A stretch of DNA of 50,085 nucleotides, from the IMG/VR virus record IMGVR_UViG_3300034760_000061, positions 1 through 50,085 of that record, one strand, 5' to 3'. Of the stretch, positions 18,712 to 29,124 are shown in pieces. Position 1 is the stretch's first letter; each line of letters starts with the position of its first letter. The notes beneath the pieces were generated by a model. It saw only the letters and a list, made by a program, of their open reading frames with translations, did no database searches and was not told the origin of the DNA. A program made the position numbers and the translations under genes. Origin of the DNA: a virus (taxonomy: Duplodnaviria; Caudoviricetes).

Positions 18712-19074
18712 TCAGCCGTACGCAGTAGAAGCAATAAACAGTTCGTCGATTTCGGCGTGAGTTTTGTCGAGCGCCACCCGGAAACCTTCGACCATCCAGT
18801 GGTCCCGCCGCACGTTCAGCGCGTATTCAAGAAACGCACGCGCCTGCTCGCCCTCGACACCTGTCATCGTGTCCGTGTAGGTCTTCACCGCCGTCATCCA
18901 GCCAGCAGCGATGAGGGCGAGGCGCGCATTCAGCATCGGAATTTGCGTCGGCACCACCAGCACGGCGGCCTGCGCAAGATCGAGCTCGCGCTGGGCAATC
19001 TCGTCTACGGTCATATCGCGCTGCTTCTGGCAATTTTCCTCGACGTCCCAATAATCTACTTTCAAGGTTTCCAT
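18712..19074 (-). CDS. tail fibre assembly-like protein
   Basis: AAGGA RBS; VPTQIPMLNARLALI...W...EYA..V.R......IDELF pattern; follows the fibre gene. Confidence 0.65.
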   Translation of the reverse strand: METLKVDYWDVEENCQKQRDMTVDEIAQRELDLAQAAVLVVPTQIPMLNARLALIAAGWMTAVKTYTDTMTGVEGEQARAFLEYALNVRRDHWMVEGFRVALDKTHAEIDELFIASTAYG

Positions 19075-19081
19075 ATCGTCC

Positions 19082-20044
19082 TTATGCATTTTTCCAGCCG
19101 TAGACCCGGACCGAACCAGAAGCTGCGAAATTGGAGCCGCCAGCCCAAAATAAGCGGAAGCCTGATGCGGCATTTGCTGCCGTATATACGCCAAAGTGCT
19201 GCAGAACCTGATAGCTCGTGCTTGGCAATGTATTGCCTATGAATCTGATAAGAACCGTTTTCGATCCGGTCGCAGAATTTGCATTGCGAATTTGAATCTC
19301 GATATTCCCGGTCTGGACATCCTGTCCACGAATAAGAGGCCCGCTAATCGAGCTTGCCAGCGAACCGGCGCCACTGCCGACGGCAGCGCTGGCATAAAGA
19401 GTTCCAGCATCGACCGTGCCGGCATTTACAAAGCGCAAACAAAGGGTATCGGCGGTACTGGCAAGCAACGGCTGGACGCGATTGATGATGATGTCGTAGT
19501 TGTCGAACCCACCTGAAGCGAATAGCGTGAGGAAGTCGATATATGGAGCCGCAGTGGGTACGAGTGGGCCGCCAACAAGTGCCGAGCCCATATCGCTCGT
19601 CAGGGCCATGACCCCATTTTTATCGGGGAGCTGATAATCGCGAATGGTGGCGGCGGTAATCAGGTCGGCCTTGAATCGACCCTGCTTCGTATTGACCGTG
19701 GCGTTTTTCACCATCGGATTCGCATCCGAGAAGGCCGCAGTGGTGCCGATGGTTGTGGCACTTGCTGCAGCGGCGTCTGCTGAGTTTTTTGCTTGATCTC
19801 TATAACTTTGAGCCGCATCAGCAGCCTGTTGCGACAAGCCTTTATTCGTCAATGCCGAAGTAGCAGACGTCGCGGCGTCGACTGCATTGTTATAGACATT
19901 CGTAGCAACTGCCCCGAACTGCGTAACTGCGGCGATAAGCCAAGTTACGAATGCATCGACCCGGTTCGAGAAAGTCGTTCGATCATTGCGCTGGATTGCG
20001 GGTGTCGGGACAGGCGTGATTGTTGGAGGAATTTGGGTAGCCAT
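19082..20044 (-). CDS. tail fibre / receptor-binding protein
   Basis: P..PxR..R.TF..R.DAF N-terminus, Ala/Ser-rich stalk, YQLPDKNG motif, C-terminal GSVRVYG. Confidence 0.75.
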   Translation of the reverse strand: MATQIPPTITPVPTPAIQRNDRTTFSNRVDAFVTWLIAAVTQFGAVATNVYNNAVDAATSATSALTNKGLSQQAADAAQSYRDQAKNSADAAAASATTIGTTAAFSDANPMVKNATVNTKQGRFKADLITAATIRDYQLPDKNGVMALTSDMGSALVGGPLVPTAAPYIDFLTLFASGGFDNYDIIINRVQPLLASTADTLCLRFVNAGTVDAGTLYASAAVGSGAGSLASSISGPLIRGQDVQTGNIEIQIRNANSATGSKTVLIRFIGNTLPSTSYQVLQHFGVYTAANAASGFRLFWAGGSNFAASGSVRVYGWKNA

Positions 20045-20970
20045 CAGATAAAGCCTTTCACATCAAGGGTTACAGTACATTCGTCAGGGCCGTCGTAGGA
20101 CAGCGCGGGAGTGCCAAGCCCGAACACCCTGAGTGCGGAGTAGTCGGTAAGGTCTGTGGCGATGTACACGCACGGGACCGCCTGAACGCTTTTCAATGTG
20201 GCGTAGACCGTGTTTGCCTCGGCTATCCCGAGCTTCGCTGTCAAGGCCATGTCGGTCGTGTTTGCACCGGGCGTGATTGTGGTGCGCCCGAATCGATCGA
20301 CGTCGATAAAGCTGTAGCTGTTCGGTGTCACCTTGGCGCCGTACTCAGTCAGCCCGATCGGCTTCATGTCTCCCAGGGCGATCAGCCCGCACTTCACTGG
20401 CCCGGTCACCTTCGTAAGCGTGATCGTGATCTGCGCGTTGTTGAAGGCGTCCAGGCCCGTTGCGATAAAGTCGGTCTGCGGCTTGAACCGGTCGAAAAAA
20501 TACTCGTAATAGTCGGCTGGCTGGGATGCCTCAAGCGCGCCTATGTGGCTATAAATTACACTGCCGCCGGGAGCATCCTCAACGGTGATGCTCAGCGTGT
20601 CCGAATCAAGGCCAAACAGGGCGACGCCATTGAAGCTCCCAGGCCTCAGCACTATCGTCAGCGGCGACGCGATCACGCATTGCGTCGACACAAACGCGTC
20701 AAACAAAGCCCACCGATTCGTTGGGCCCTGATCAACCCACCAAGGCACCGCGCCGAACTGGTTGATCAGATCAGTCGGATCGTGCCCCACGTTGGCCGCA
20801 GCTGATACGCTCTCGTATATCCGGTGCGTCACGGTGCTAATACACCGCTGCCCGAGCGAGTACGAGGTCGCTGCGTTGTACGCGGCGTAGTCGGTCTCGG
20901 GCACCGTAGTGCTGACGATCATGGCGCCGGTAATTGCTACCGGTGCCAAAACGCTACAGGGTTGGCTCAT
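20044..20970 (-). CDS. tail tip protein
   Basis: Directly after the TMP; YNAATSYSLGQR CBM-like motif, GPTNRWALFD. Confidence 0.7.
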   Translation of the reverse strand: MSQPCSVLAPVAITGAMIVSTTVPETDYAAYNAATSYSLGQRCISTVTHRIYESVSAAANVGHDPTDLINQFGAVPWWVDQGPTNRWALFDAFVSTQCVIASPLTIVLRPGSFNGVALFGLDSDTLSITVEDAPGGSVIYSHIGALEASQPADYYEYFFDRFKPQTDFIATGLDAFNNAQITITLTKVTGPVKCGLIALGDMKPIGLTEYGAKVTPNSYSFIDVDRFGRTTITPGANTTDMALTAKLGIAEANTVYATLKSVQAVPCVYIATDLTDYSALRVFGLGTPALSYDGPDECTVTLDVKGFI

Positions 20971-23900
20971 ACATTTGCTTTCACACGTACTACGTTCCCA
21001 CCGGAACTGACGTTGTTGAACTCCTTTGCCATCTGGCCGGTGCTCCCAGCAGTTTTTCCAGTGTTGGTCGAGATCGCGCCCAAGGCGTCGGCCTGCGCCT
21101 GAACCACCAGACGCAGTTCACGAATTTCAGCGGCCAAGTCAGCGCTGTCGCCACCGTTCATCAGCGAGCGGGTTTGGTCAGCGTTGAAGATCCGCGACGG
21201 GCCAGTTGCCTCAATCTCCGGGCCGTTCTCGCCGACCAGACGCAAGCCGCCGCCGAAGTCGCCACCGGTGGCATACCCGGGCACACCGTGCTTGCGCAAG
21301 AACTGAGCCAAAGTGCCTTCACGCTTCGCATCCAACTCAGGCTTGGCCGCCTTGATGAAGTCCTGCATTTCGGCGTTGTCGACGGACTCGCCGTACGCCT
21401 TCTTCCAGAACTCCAATCCCTTTACGTCCCCCTGGCGGCCAAGCACGGACTCGTACAGCCCTTCTACCGATAGTGGTGCGGGATTGTCCTTCACCATCTG
21501 TACGGCGATCCCGAAGGCCTTGAGAGCCTCCGCAATGGAGAGGATGCCGGTGTTCAGGCCGCGAGCAAGATCGATCTCGGTCTGAGCATCCTCGATGATC
21601 TTGTCTTGCGCCGCCATATCATCCTTGTGCTGGGCCGCCAAAAGTTTAAGGTTGGCTTCACTCCCGGCCTGGGCTGCGCCTGCTGCCTTATTGATTGCGT
21701 CTACCGTCAATGATGCAAAGTTGATTTCGTCCTTTGCGTTTTCCTTCAGCGCGGCGATAGTGCTACCCGTTCGTGCCTGATCGCGGGCCCACTCTTCGAA
21801 CGTGCCGAACAGCTGCTGCGATGGTTTGGCGATAACGGAGAGCGCGTCTTCGAGACCCTTGATGTCGGCCGTACCCCCGCCGCGCGTTGTAATGGCTGCA
21901 CGTGCCAGCAACTCCTGGGCCGAACGGCGCTGGGCGGCGTCGAAGTAGTCCACTTGAATTACCGTCGAGGCAAGGGCAGAGTTCAGTTTGTCAAACACGG
22001 CCTGCACCGCGTCCGCGCGAGACTTGACATCGCTGATCTGGCTCTTCGTCTGCTCAGACAATGCCTTGAGGTCATCCACGTTTTGCTTATACGCGTCCTC
22101 AAGACTTGCCTTATTTCGCTCAACGGCAGTTTTGACGTTCTCCAGCGCGGTGTTCGCTCCGGTTACTGCGTTCGCTGCCGCCGTCGCTTGATCTTGCAGA
22201 GCGTTTCTGTTCTTGATCAGCGCCACCGTTGATGCCTCAAGGCCAACAACCTCCAGCGCTCGCGTCGCCGCCAGTGCGCCTGCCTTGTTGCCTTGGAGTT
22301 CCATCACCTGGATTTCGATGCCACGATTTTTCGTCACCAGGGCAGCCGCGGCGCTCTCGTCCTCCAGCGCGTGGCGGCGCTTGACGATCTGAGCAGTGGA
22401 CGCGTCCAAGCCGACGATCTCATCGCTACGCCGTGCAGCCAGGGCGCCGAGCTTGTCACCGGCAAGCTCAAGATTCTGGATTTCCAGCACACGGTTCTTG
22501 TTGGACAGATCAAGTTTGGCCACCTCGTCGTAGACATCCCAGTTGGACTCGTCGACCTTCTTCCGGCGCTTGGTCGCCAGGTCCTCCGGGCGCATCTTGA
22601 GTTCGTCACGTCGATCAATCAGACTTTCGCGTTCGCTCAGCTTCTCCGCCGCCGTCTTCGTCTTCTCCAGCGAAGGCGCAACCGCAGCAAACGCGGACTC
22701 AAGCGCCATCAGCCCGGTGAACAGCTCGGCCCCGGCCGTCGTGGCCAGCTTGCCGCCTTCGGACAGGCCCAGTACCGCAGCCTTGAAGTCGTCGCGGGTC
22801 TTGATGCCGGTCTGGCCCAGGCGCGCCAGCTCCTCATTCACATACTTCTGTACCGGCGCCAGACGCTCGGCATCGGTCAAGAAGTTTTCGGCGAAACTGC
22901 TGGCGTGTTCAGCGAACTTATCGATGCCGCCCGCTGCCGCGATCAGGCCCTCGCGTGCGGCGAGGCTGCCGACGCCGGCAGCGCCGAAGGTCATGCCAAG
23001 CGACGACAGCGATTGATCCAGCGAGGCATAGTTCGAGGCCAGACGCACAATCGTTTCGGTGTAGCCCTCACCGACCTGGCGGAACCCGTCCATATCTGGA
23101 AACACCGCTTCGGACATGTCGTCCATCGTCTTCGACAGCACAGCGTTGAGCGCCGCCGTCAGCTCATCACCCTTCAGCCCCTTGAGGGAAATTTTAGTGA
23201 CGTCGATGGTCAATGCATCGAGCGACTTCGTGACGTGATCAGCGCCGATGCCGAGCACCGATGCCGCCTCGGACAGGGCGCTTTCGACACCCTTGAACAA
23301 GAGTCCGAATTGCGCTGGAAGCTCGCCTTCCAACCCAGCCTTTTGCACAGCGTTGGTAGTGTTTTTGCTCAGTCCAAAAAAGCTCGACTTGGTGGTGTCA
23401 ACACTGGCGTACTGGTCGAAGCCCTTGCCGCCTTGCAGATCCCGCACGCTGCCGCCGAACTGGATGCCAGAATCGACAATGTTCTGTTTGGTCTTTCCCC
23501 ACAGATTGATCAATGCCTTCGAGACTTTGTCGCCCAGGGCGCCTGGCGCAATTACGTTAAAAATCTTATCGGTAAGTCGGCCAACGAAGTCGACCGGCTT
23601 TCCTGCATTTAGCTGACCCGTCTCGATACCGAAGTTAGTGCCATCGGTCACGCCAGGCGCGCGCACGACCAGGTTCGTCAGCCCCTTCATGGATGCCTCG
23701 ATCGAGCGCAGGGCGGCGAGCATGCCCCGGTTGATCGGGACCAGGTTGCCACTGTGCTCTTCCAGCATTTTCAGAGACTGCGCGATCGAATCTGACTGCG
23801 CGTCGTCATCGCCAAACACGCCACCGGCGCCCTGTTTCTTCTGTACGTCTGCTGCTGACATGCCGCCGCCGGAACCGCCGCCAGAAAACGCGGTGCCAAG

Positions 23901-26891
23901 CACTGCCGCGATCGCCACGCCGGCTGCTGCCGCCCCCCATGGACCCATGGAGCTCATGAACGACATGAAGACTCCCGGAATCTTGAGCAGGTTTCGCGCA
24001 TTCTCGCCAGCGGTAACTGCGCCAGTTTCAACGCTCTGCCCAACGACAACGGCCGTTGTTTTAGCGGTGGTGGCAAACAGACTCGTCGCAAGAGATTTGA
24101 GCGCCATCGCCATCTCCAACGCACGGAAGGTTTTCTGTGCGCCCTCCATGACTCTGTAGCCAGTCGTGTTCTCTTTGAAAAATCCTTTCGCCGCGCCGGC
24201 CATGTCGCCATACGAGCGCATTTGAAGCTGCGCGGATTGTTGAGCCGCAAGCGCGTTGGCCTGCTGAATTTTGGCTTGATCGCCCCCAGCGTCCTTTTTG
24301 GATTTCGCCAGTTCGGCGTCGATTGCCGCTTGAGCGCGCCCGTAGCCAGAAAAAGCCGTTGTGAGCCCGCCGATTGCCTTGCCCATGCGGCCAAACGATT
24401 CCTCCATGCCGGCCGCAGCTGACTTTGTCACCTCGTCGATAGCCGTCATGATTTCGAGCAAATCTTTCGCCGCGCCGACGCTGCCACCGCCGAGTTCAAG
24501 CGCCATCTTCTTGCCCGTCAGTTCCCTGATCTTTTCCAGCTTGGTGATCTGCTCCGTCAGCGCGAACATCTCGGCGTACGTCGCCGGCCCGGCGTCGAGC
24601 GCGGCCTGGGCCTTGGCCATCGCCAGATCGACCACCGCCACCTCGGTCAGGCCGTACGTGTCGACCTGCTGCTGTAGCGCCTTGGTCTGGTCGTCGAGCG
24701 CCTTCTTTTCGGCCTGGAGACGATCGAACATCTCGTCGTCCGTTTTAGCCGACGCCTTTGCAACGCTCTCTTTCAGCGCCAGGGACTGCGCCTGTGCGGC
24801 AGCCATATCTTCCTGCTGCGCCATGATGGCGATCTGCGCGCGCGCGCTGGCAATCGAAGCGGCGGACAGCTTATTTTTGCCAGTGCCGATTTCAGCGTCC
24901 AGCTTGATCGTCGCCTTCTGCGATTCCAACAGCTTGTCATAGCCGGCCAGCTCAAGTTTGTTTGCCGCGATCTTTTCGGCGATCGACGTCATCAGATTTT
25001 GGTAGGCGGTCGCCTCTGCCTTGATCGCTGCGGCGCCGGCCTTGTCGACGTATTTGGCCTTTACCCAAGCCTCCTGGGCCGGCGTCAATTCGCCAAACTC
25101 TTTTTTAAGATTGGCAATCTCGTACGCCATTTTCTGAGCCGCAGTGCCATTCTCGCCCACCCACTTCGCAATTTTTGCGTCCCGGCCGCGATTTGCAGCG
25201 TGCGTAGTCTCGTCTTGCGCTTGAGCGACACGCTTGAGCGCAGTCTCGTAGTTATGAAGAACCGTGACTTCGTCCAAGTACCGCATCGACTGGCTCACCC
25301 CTGCCCACTTCCCAGTTCCGGCACGAACGGCCTCCAGGTCACCCTTGGCGCGCGCAAGACCGTCCTTGTCGACATCGCTCAGTTCGTTCAAACCTTTAAG
25401 ACGTGGCTCCGTGTCCTGCAGGCGGTTCCGCTCCCTCAACTTCTCGATTTGCTTATCCAGCCGGGAGATCATTTCGTCCGTAGATTCCTCGACAGCGGCC
25501 GTCGCTTTTTCACTGGCCTCCTTCGATTTATCGCCCCACACCATCCAGGCTGTCGCTGCCAACCCGAGCAAAGTGATAACTGCACCAATGGGCCCACCAA
25601 GGAACATCATGGCGGTACGCAGCACCCCCATTGCGCGCGCGGCGATACCGCCTGCTACCGCCTGCGCGGTGATTGCAGAGGTCGACGCAAGTGACGCGGT
25701 CGTGGCTACGTTAGCGGCAACAGCTTGCGCGGCCAGCGCGACGGCGTTTGCTTCAGCAAGGGCGGCGGCCCGGGCTTGCGCCGGGATCAGGCCGTTTTGT
25801 GCGATAGCCAGTTGCACGGCGCCGCTTGCGCCGAGCACTGCCGCACGCAATTCCACAACACGGGCGGCAGCAAGGGCAGCAGCAGACGCGGTAACCTGAA
25901 CGTTCGCTTGCGCCTCCGTCAGCTTGGCCGCAGCGATAGCCGACGCTGCACCGGTTGAGACAACAGCAGCTTCCAGGGTTGATGCCGCCAGGGCGCGATT
26001 AGCAACCGCTGCGGTGTAGGCGCTAGTGCCCATATTTACAAGCCAAGTCACCAATTTCGCAGTTGTCAACGTAACTACGGCACCAGCAATCATGGTCAGG
26101 TTTGACGACAGGAAGCCGATCGCGCCGGTCAGGGCCGACACCGCTCCGCTGGCGTTTGCCTGCACGCCGACGAACTCCATGAGGTTGTTCTTGAGGACTG
26201 TGAAGGCGCCCGAAATGGTCTGGACTTCCTTCGCCTCTTCGCGCAGCCTGACCAACGCGTTCGGCAGGGTGTCCGCCATAATTTTGGACGTGATTGCGCC
26301 TTCTTCCGCCATCTTCTTGAGCGCTCCGACTGGCACGCCAATGCCATCGGCCAGGGCAAGCATCAACCGCGGCGCTGCCTCATTCACAGCGTTAAATTCT
26401 TCACCCCGCAGCGTGCCAGAGGCAAATGCCTGGGACAGCTGCAGCTGCGCCGATGCGGCCTCGGATGCTGTGGCGCCAGAGACCAGCAGTGACAGGTTGA
26501 CCGTTTCCGTGATCGCCGCCACCTGCTTCTGCGCTGTGCCGAGTTCGCGCGTGCCATTGGCAATTCGGGCGTAGAGCACGCCTGTTTCTTGCAGACCTTG
26601 CGTGGACTGCGCAGCAATTCGCTTCACGTCAGCATAGGCCAGCCCATACTCGCGCGCGGAGAGCGACGCCAGCTTTAGCTGTGCCGTAAACTTGCCGTAG
26701 GCATCCGACATTTGTACAAGCTGCCCCAGGCCGATGCCAGCAGCGATGCCGGCAAGCGCGGCCTTCGCCATGTCAGCGGCGCGACTCATGCTGGCGGTGG
26801 CGTCGCCGACCACCCGGCGCGCGCTGTCCATGCCGCTCTGCAGCCTGGCGATATCTGCGCTCAGCCGGATTTCCATATCGCCGATGATCAT
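20967..26891 (-). CDS. tape measure protein
   Basis: 1974 aa Ala-rich; LQLSQAFASGTLRGEEFNAV tape-measure domain; C-terminal GYATGG...LVGENGPE. Confidence 0.95.
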   Translation of the reverse strand: MIIGDMEIRLSADIARLQSGMDSARRVVGDATASMSRAADMAKAALAGIAAGIGLGQLVQMSDAYGKFTAQLKLASLSAREYGLAYADVKRIAAQSTQGLQETGVLYARIANGTRELGTAQKQVAAITETVNLSLLVSGATASEAASAQLQLSQAFASGTLRGEEFNAVNEAAPRLMLALADGIGVPVGALKKMAEEGAITSKIMADTLPNALVRLREEAKEVQTISGAFTVLKNNLMEFVGVQANASGAVSALTGAIGFLSSNLTMIAGAVVTLTTAKLVTWLVNMGTSAYTAAVANRALAASTLEAAVVSTGAASAIAAAKLTEAQANVQVTASAAALAAARVVELRAAVLGASGAVQLAIAQNGLIPAQARAAALAEANAVALAAQAVAANVATTASLASTSAITAQAVAGGIAARAMGVLRTAMMFLGGPIGAVITLLGLAATAWMVWGDKSKEASEKATAAVEESTDEMISRLDKQIEKLRERNRLQDTEPRLKGLNELSDVDKDGLARAKGDLEAVRAGTGKWAGVSQSMRYLDEVTVLHNYETALKRVAQAQDETTHAANRGRDAKIAKWVGENGTAAQKMAYEIANLKKEFGELTPAQEAWVKAKYVDKAGAAAIKAEATAYQNLMTSIAEKIAANKLELAGYDKLLESQKATIKLDAEIGTGKNKLSAASIASARAQIAIMAQQEDMAAAQAQSLALKESVAKASAKTDDEMFDRLQAEKKALDDQTKALQQQVDTYGLTEVAVVDLAMAKAQAALDAGPATYAEMFALTEQITKLEKIRELTGKKMALELGGGSVGAAKDLLEIMTAIDEVTKSAAAGMEESFGRMGKAIGGLTTAFSGYGRAQAAIDAELAKSKKDAGGDQAKIQQANALAAQQSAQLQMRSYGDMAGAAKGFFKENTTGYRVMEGAQKTFRALEMAMALKSLATSLFATTAKTTAVVVGQSVETGAVTAGENARNLLKIPGVFMSFMSSMGPWGAAAAGVAIAAVLGTAFSGGGSGGGMSAADVQKKQGAGGVFGDDDAQSDSIAQSLKMLEEHSGNLVPINRGMLAALRSIEASMKGLTNLVVRAPGVTDGTNFGIETGQLNAGKPVDFVGRLTDKIFNVIAPGALGDKVSKALINLWGKTKQNIVDSGIQFGGSVRDLQGGKGFDQYASVDTTKSSFFGLSKNTTNAVQKAGLEGELPAQFGLLFKGVESALSEAASVLGIGADHVTKSLDALTIDVTKISLKGLKGDELTAALNAVLSKTMDDMSEAVFPDMDGFRQVGEGYTETIVRLASNYASLDQSLSSLGMTFGAAGVGSLAAREGLIAAAGGIDKFAEHASSFAENFLTDAERLAPVQKYVNEELARLGQTGIKTRDDFKAAVLGLSEGGKLATTAGAELFTGLMALESAFAAVAPSLEKTKTAAEKLSERESLIDRRDELKMRPEDLATKRRKKVDESNWDVYDEVAKLDLSNKNRVLEIQNLELAGDKLGALAARRSDEIVGLDASTAQIVKRRHALEDESAAAALVTKNRGIEIQVMELQGNKAGALAATRALEVVGLEASTVALIKNRNALQDQATAAANAVTGANTALENVKTAVERNKASLEDAYKQNVDDLKALSEQTKSQISDVKSRADAVQAVFDKLNSALASTVIQVDYFDAAQRRSAQELLARAAITTRGGGTADIKGLEDALSVIAKPSQQLFGTFEEWARDQARTGSTIAALKENAKDEINFASLTVDAINKAAGAAQAGSEANLKLLAAQHKDDMAAQDKIIEDAQTEIDLARGLNTGILSIAEALKAFGIAVQMVKDNPAPLSVEGLYESVLGRQGDVKGLEFWKKAYGESVDNAEMQDFIKAAKPELDAKREGTLAQFLRKHGVPGYATGGDFGGGLRLVGENGPEIEATGPSRIFNADQTRSLMNGGDSADLAAEIRELRLVVQAQADALGAISTNTGKTAGSTGQMAKEFNNVSSGGNVVRVKANV

Positions 26892-26941
26892 GCTTTTCCT
26901 TTAATTTGATCGCCCAAAGAAAAGGCCAGCGCATGGCTGGC

Positions 26942-27810
26942 CTATCCATCGAGGAAACTTCTGATTTTCCGCTGAAGCTCAGCGCGTTTTACCTGCTCAC
27001 CTTCCGTTGACTCGGCGAACGGTGGTTTGCAGTCACGCTTCGTCGCGCGATGAGACTCGCCGAGATACTCGCGCGACAATCTGATGAGCGTTTCAGCCTC
27101 CCACGCAGATAGCTCGATGCCAGTGTTCGCCTGGCAGTAGCTGAGTTCCTGATGAGTCAGCGGGGAGTCGCCCATGCTGGTGCACATGGTCGGCCCCCAA
27201 TTCCACAGCAAGCCAACCAGGTGCTCGCCGCAATCAAGTGGCGGCATCGCCGGCTGGAAGTCTTCGCCGAACCTCCCCCGCAGCAGTTGCAATCGGGACT
27301 TGGTCGGCTCCTTCGATTTGTCGCCGTCTTCCCGTTCCAGCACAGCGCCGAGCCAAGCGCTGTGCCGAACGTACAGACTTAGGCAGTCGGCGACGCCTTG
27401 GTAAAATTTGCGGTGTCGCTCAGCAGCTTATCGAGCTGCGCCGGAATAAAGCACACTTCCAGGTTGCTGTAGACGTCCATGAACAGAGCCTTGTCGGTCA
27501 GATCGCCGACTTCGATGTTTTCGAAACGGTCGGTGCAGGCAGCCAGGAACTCGGCGGTGTCCTTGGTCTGTTCGTCAGCCGACAGATCGGACTTGCCCTT
27601 TTTCTTGTAGCGGTCCATGTTGCGGTTTGCCTGAGCCGCCTTGGCGGCGGCGAACTTCTTCGTACCTGGGCCGAACATGTGAGCGATCATCGGCTTCGAT
27701 TCATCAGGCTTGCCGTCCGGGCCGTCAGCGAACATCGGCTCGTCGTTGCCGTCGCGCAGTTGGTGAGCAACAGTAGCAACGAGGGCAAATTTTTTCAGGT
27801 TGGTATTCAT
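26942..27810 (-). CDS. tail assembly chaperones G (27379-27810) and GT (-1 frameshift into 26942-27402)
   Basis: In-frame slippery A AAT TTT at 27409-27403; the -1 frame reads YQGVADCLSLYVRHSAWLGAV straight into the 26942-27343 ORF. Confidence 0.85.
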
Positions 27811-27942
27811 GGTATTTCCTTTTCGTGGGTAATTTTTAACTGCCGGGATTCCGGTAGTTTCTAAAATGCCCGTGCCAGCGACCGCTCCCACGAAGGAGAC
27901 AGTCGCCGGCCGGTGCTGGTTGTGTCCAGATGGCCGTGATAG

Positions 27943-28404
27943 TTAAACGGTGACGGTGTCGGTCTGGCGCAGCAAGGTCATGTTTCCCTTGACGGCGTCG
28001 TTACTGGTGCCGCCGCTTTTCGTGTACTTCGAAACCTGCGCGGTGAAGTAATCGATCGTCGTGTCCTGGTTCACGCACTTGAAGGACGGAACGCTGTGAT
28101 TCTTGGACGCAGCCTTGATCAAAATTTGGCCAGCGTCATCCGCCGCCCAGGCGCACTCGAAATCGGCGTTGGGCAGCTTGAACGAGCCCTTCTTTTCGCG
28201 GTCCTGGCCGTCGCCAACGGTCGAGAGCGTGGACGTCGAATACTCGCGCCCTTCAACGCTGCCCACGTTGGTGATCTGGCCAACCTCTACCCAGGTGAGC
28301 AGGGCAAATGCCGCCGCTGCGCCAGCGCCCTCGGCCACGGTTGGGGCTGAGGTCGAGATGTAGAGTTTCGTCCCGGCGATGGTGTCAAAATCGATTCCTG
28401 CCAT
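27943..28404 (-). CDS. major tail (tube) protein
   Basis: GTKLYIS...W.EVG.IT..G..G...KKG...GQ motif; position before the chaperones. Confidence 0.85.
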   Translation of the reverse strand: MAGIDFDTIAGTKLYISTSAPTVAEGAGAAAAFALLTWVEVGQITNVGSVEGREYSTSTLSTVGDGQDREKKGSFKLPNADFECAWAADDAGQILIKAASKNHSVPSFKCVNQDTTIDYFTAQVSKYTKSGGTSNDAVKGNMTLLRQTDTVTV

Positions 28405-28517
28405 GATGTAGTACCTTTCAATGAAAAAAGCCCGCTCGCTGGATTGCGAAACGGGCGGGCTGATAAAGCTTTGGATGAAAAAAACCGCTCGATGGCGGCG
28501 GTGTGAGACTTGGCTGG

Positions 28518-28919
28518 TCAGGCCGGCTCGATGTAGGTCACCATGAAGTCACGGCTTTGTTCGAACGTTGGGACCGTGCTGTCGCCCATGTCCGGGCCGA
28601 CCAGGTCGCGCAGCACGCTGCGCACCTCGTAGCCAGCGATAAGCCCTGTATGCACGCCGGCGCCGAGCTTCGCCGCCCTGAGAACCGCCTTCTGCTGCGG
28701 GTAGGACGACGCGTAGACCGTGACCTGAACTCGCGCCGTGACCAGGCTGTTTCCAGCGCGCGCCACGGTGTCCTGTTCATTGCCGCTGATTTCTGTGATG
28801 CCGATCGCCGGCAAAGCACCGGCCGGGATCGTGCCGGCGGCGACGCGAGTGGCAGGCACCAGGGCGATAAGGGGCGCATGCGCGACCAGCAGCGCACGAA
28901 CGATTGCAACCGAACTCAT
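28518..28919 (-). CDS. tail terminator (DUF3168-like)
   Basis: LP.I...IS, ARVQVTVYA; synteny. Confidence 0.8.
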   Translation of the reverse strand: MSSVAIVRALLVAHAPLIALVPATRVAAGTIPAGALPAIGITEISGNEQDTVARAGNSLVTARVQVTVYASSYPQQKAVLRAAKLGAGVHTGLIAGYEVRSVLRDLVGPDMGDSTVPTFEQSRDFMVTYIEPA

Positions 28920-29122
28920 TTCCTGCGCGCTCGAGGTTTTGCAGTCGGTGCCGGAACAGCGCGCGCATCAACTGCGGTCGCAACGCCCTGCTTAATGTGG
29001 TACAGGGCTAGGCGCTGCCCACGCGGGCTGTCGACCGTGTCGTACTCGGTGGCCTCTTCCAGCTCACGCACGGTCTCGCCATCGAGCGAGCCTTGCACGG
29101 TCTGCGTCATCAAAATTTTCAT
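28916..29122 (-). CDS. small virion-associated hypothetical protein
   Basis: MKILMTQTVQGSLDGETVREL...; fills the gap between gp10 and the terminator gene, with an ATGA overlap. Confidence 0.6.
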   Translation of the reverse strand: MKILMTQTVQGSLDGETVRELEEATEYDTVDSPRGQRLALYHIKQGVATAVDARAVPAPTAKPRARRK

Positions 29123-29124
29123 GA

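Noticed and set aside
18700-20044. DGR or invertible tail-fibre system
   Set aside because: No reverse transcriptase, template repeat, invertase or duplicated fibre tip seen.
22190-22505. ~55-aa tandem repeat in the tape measure protein
   Set aside because: Real, but ordinary for tape measure length variation.
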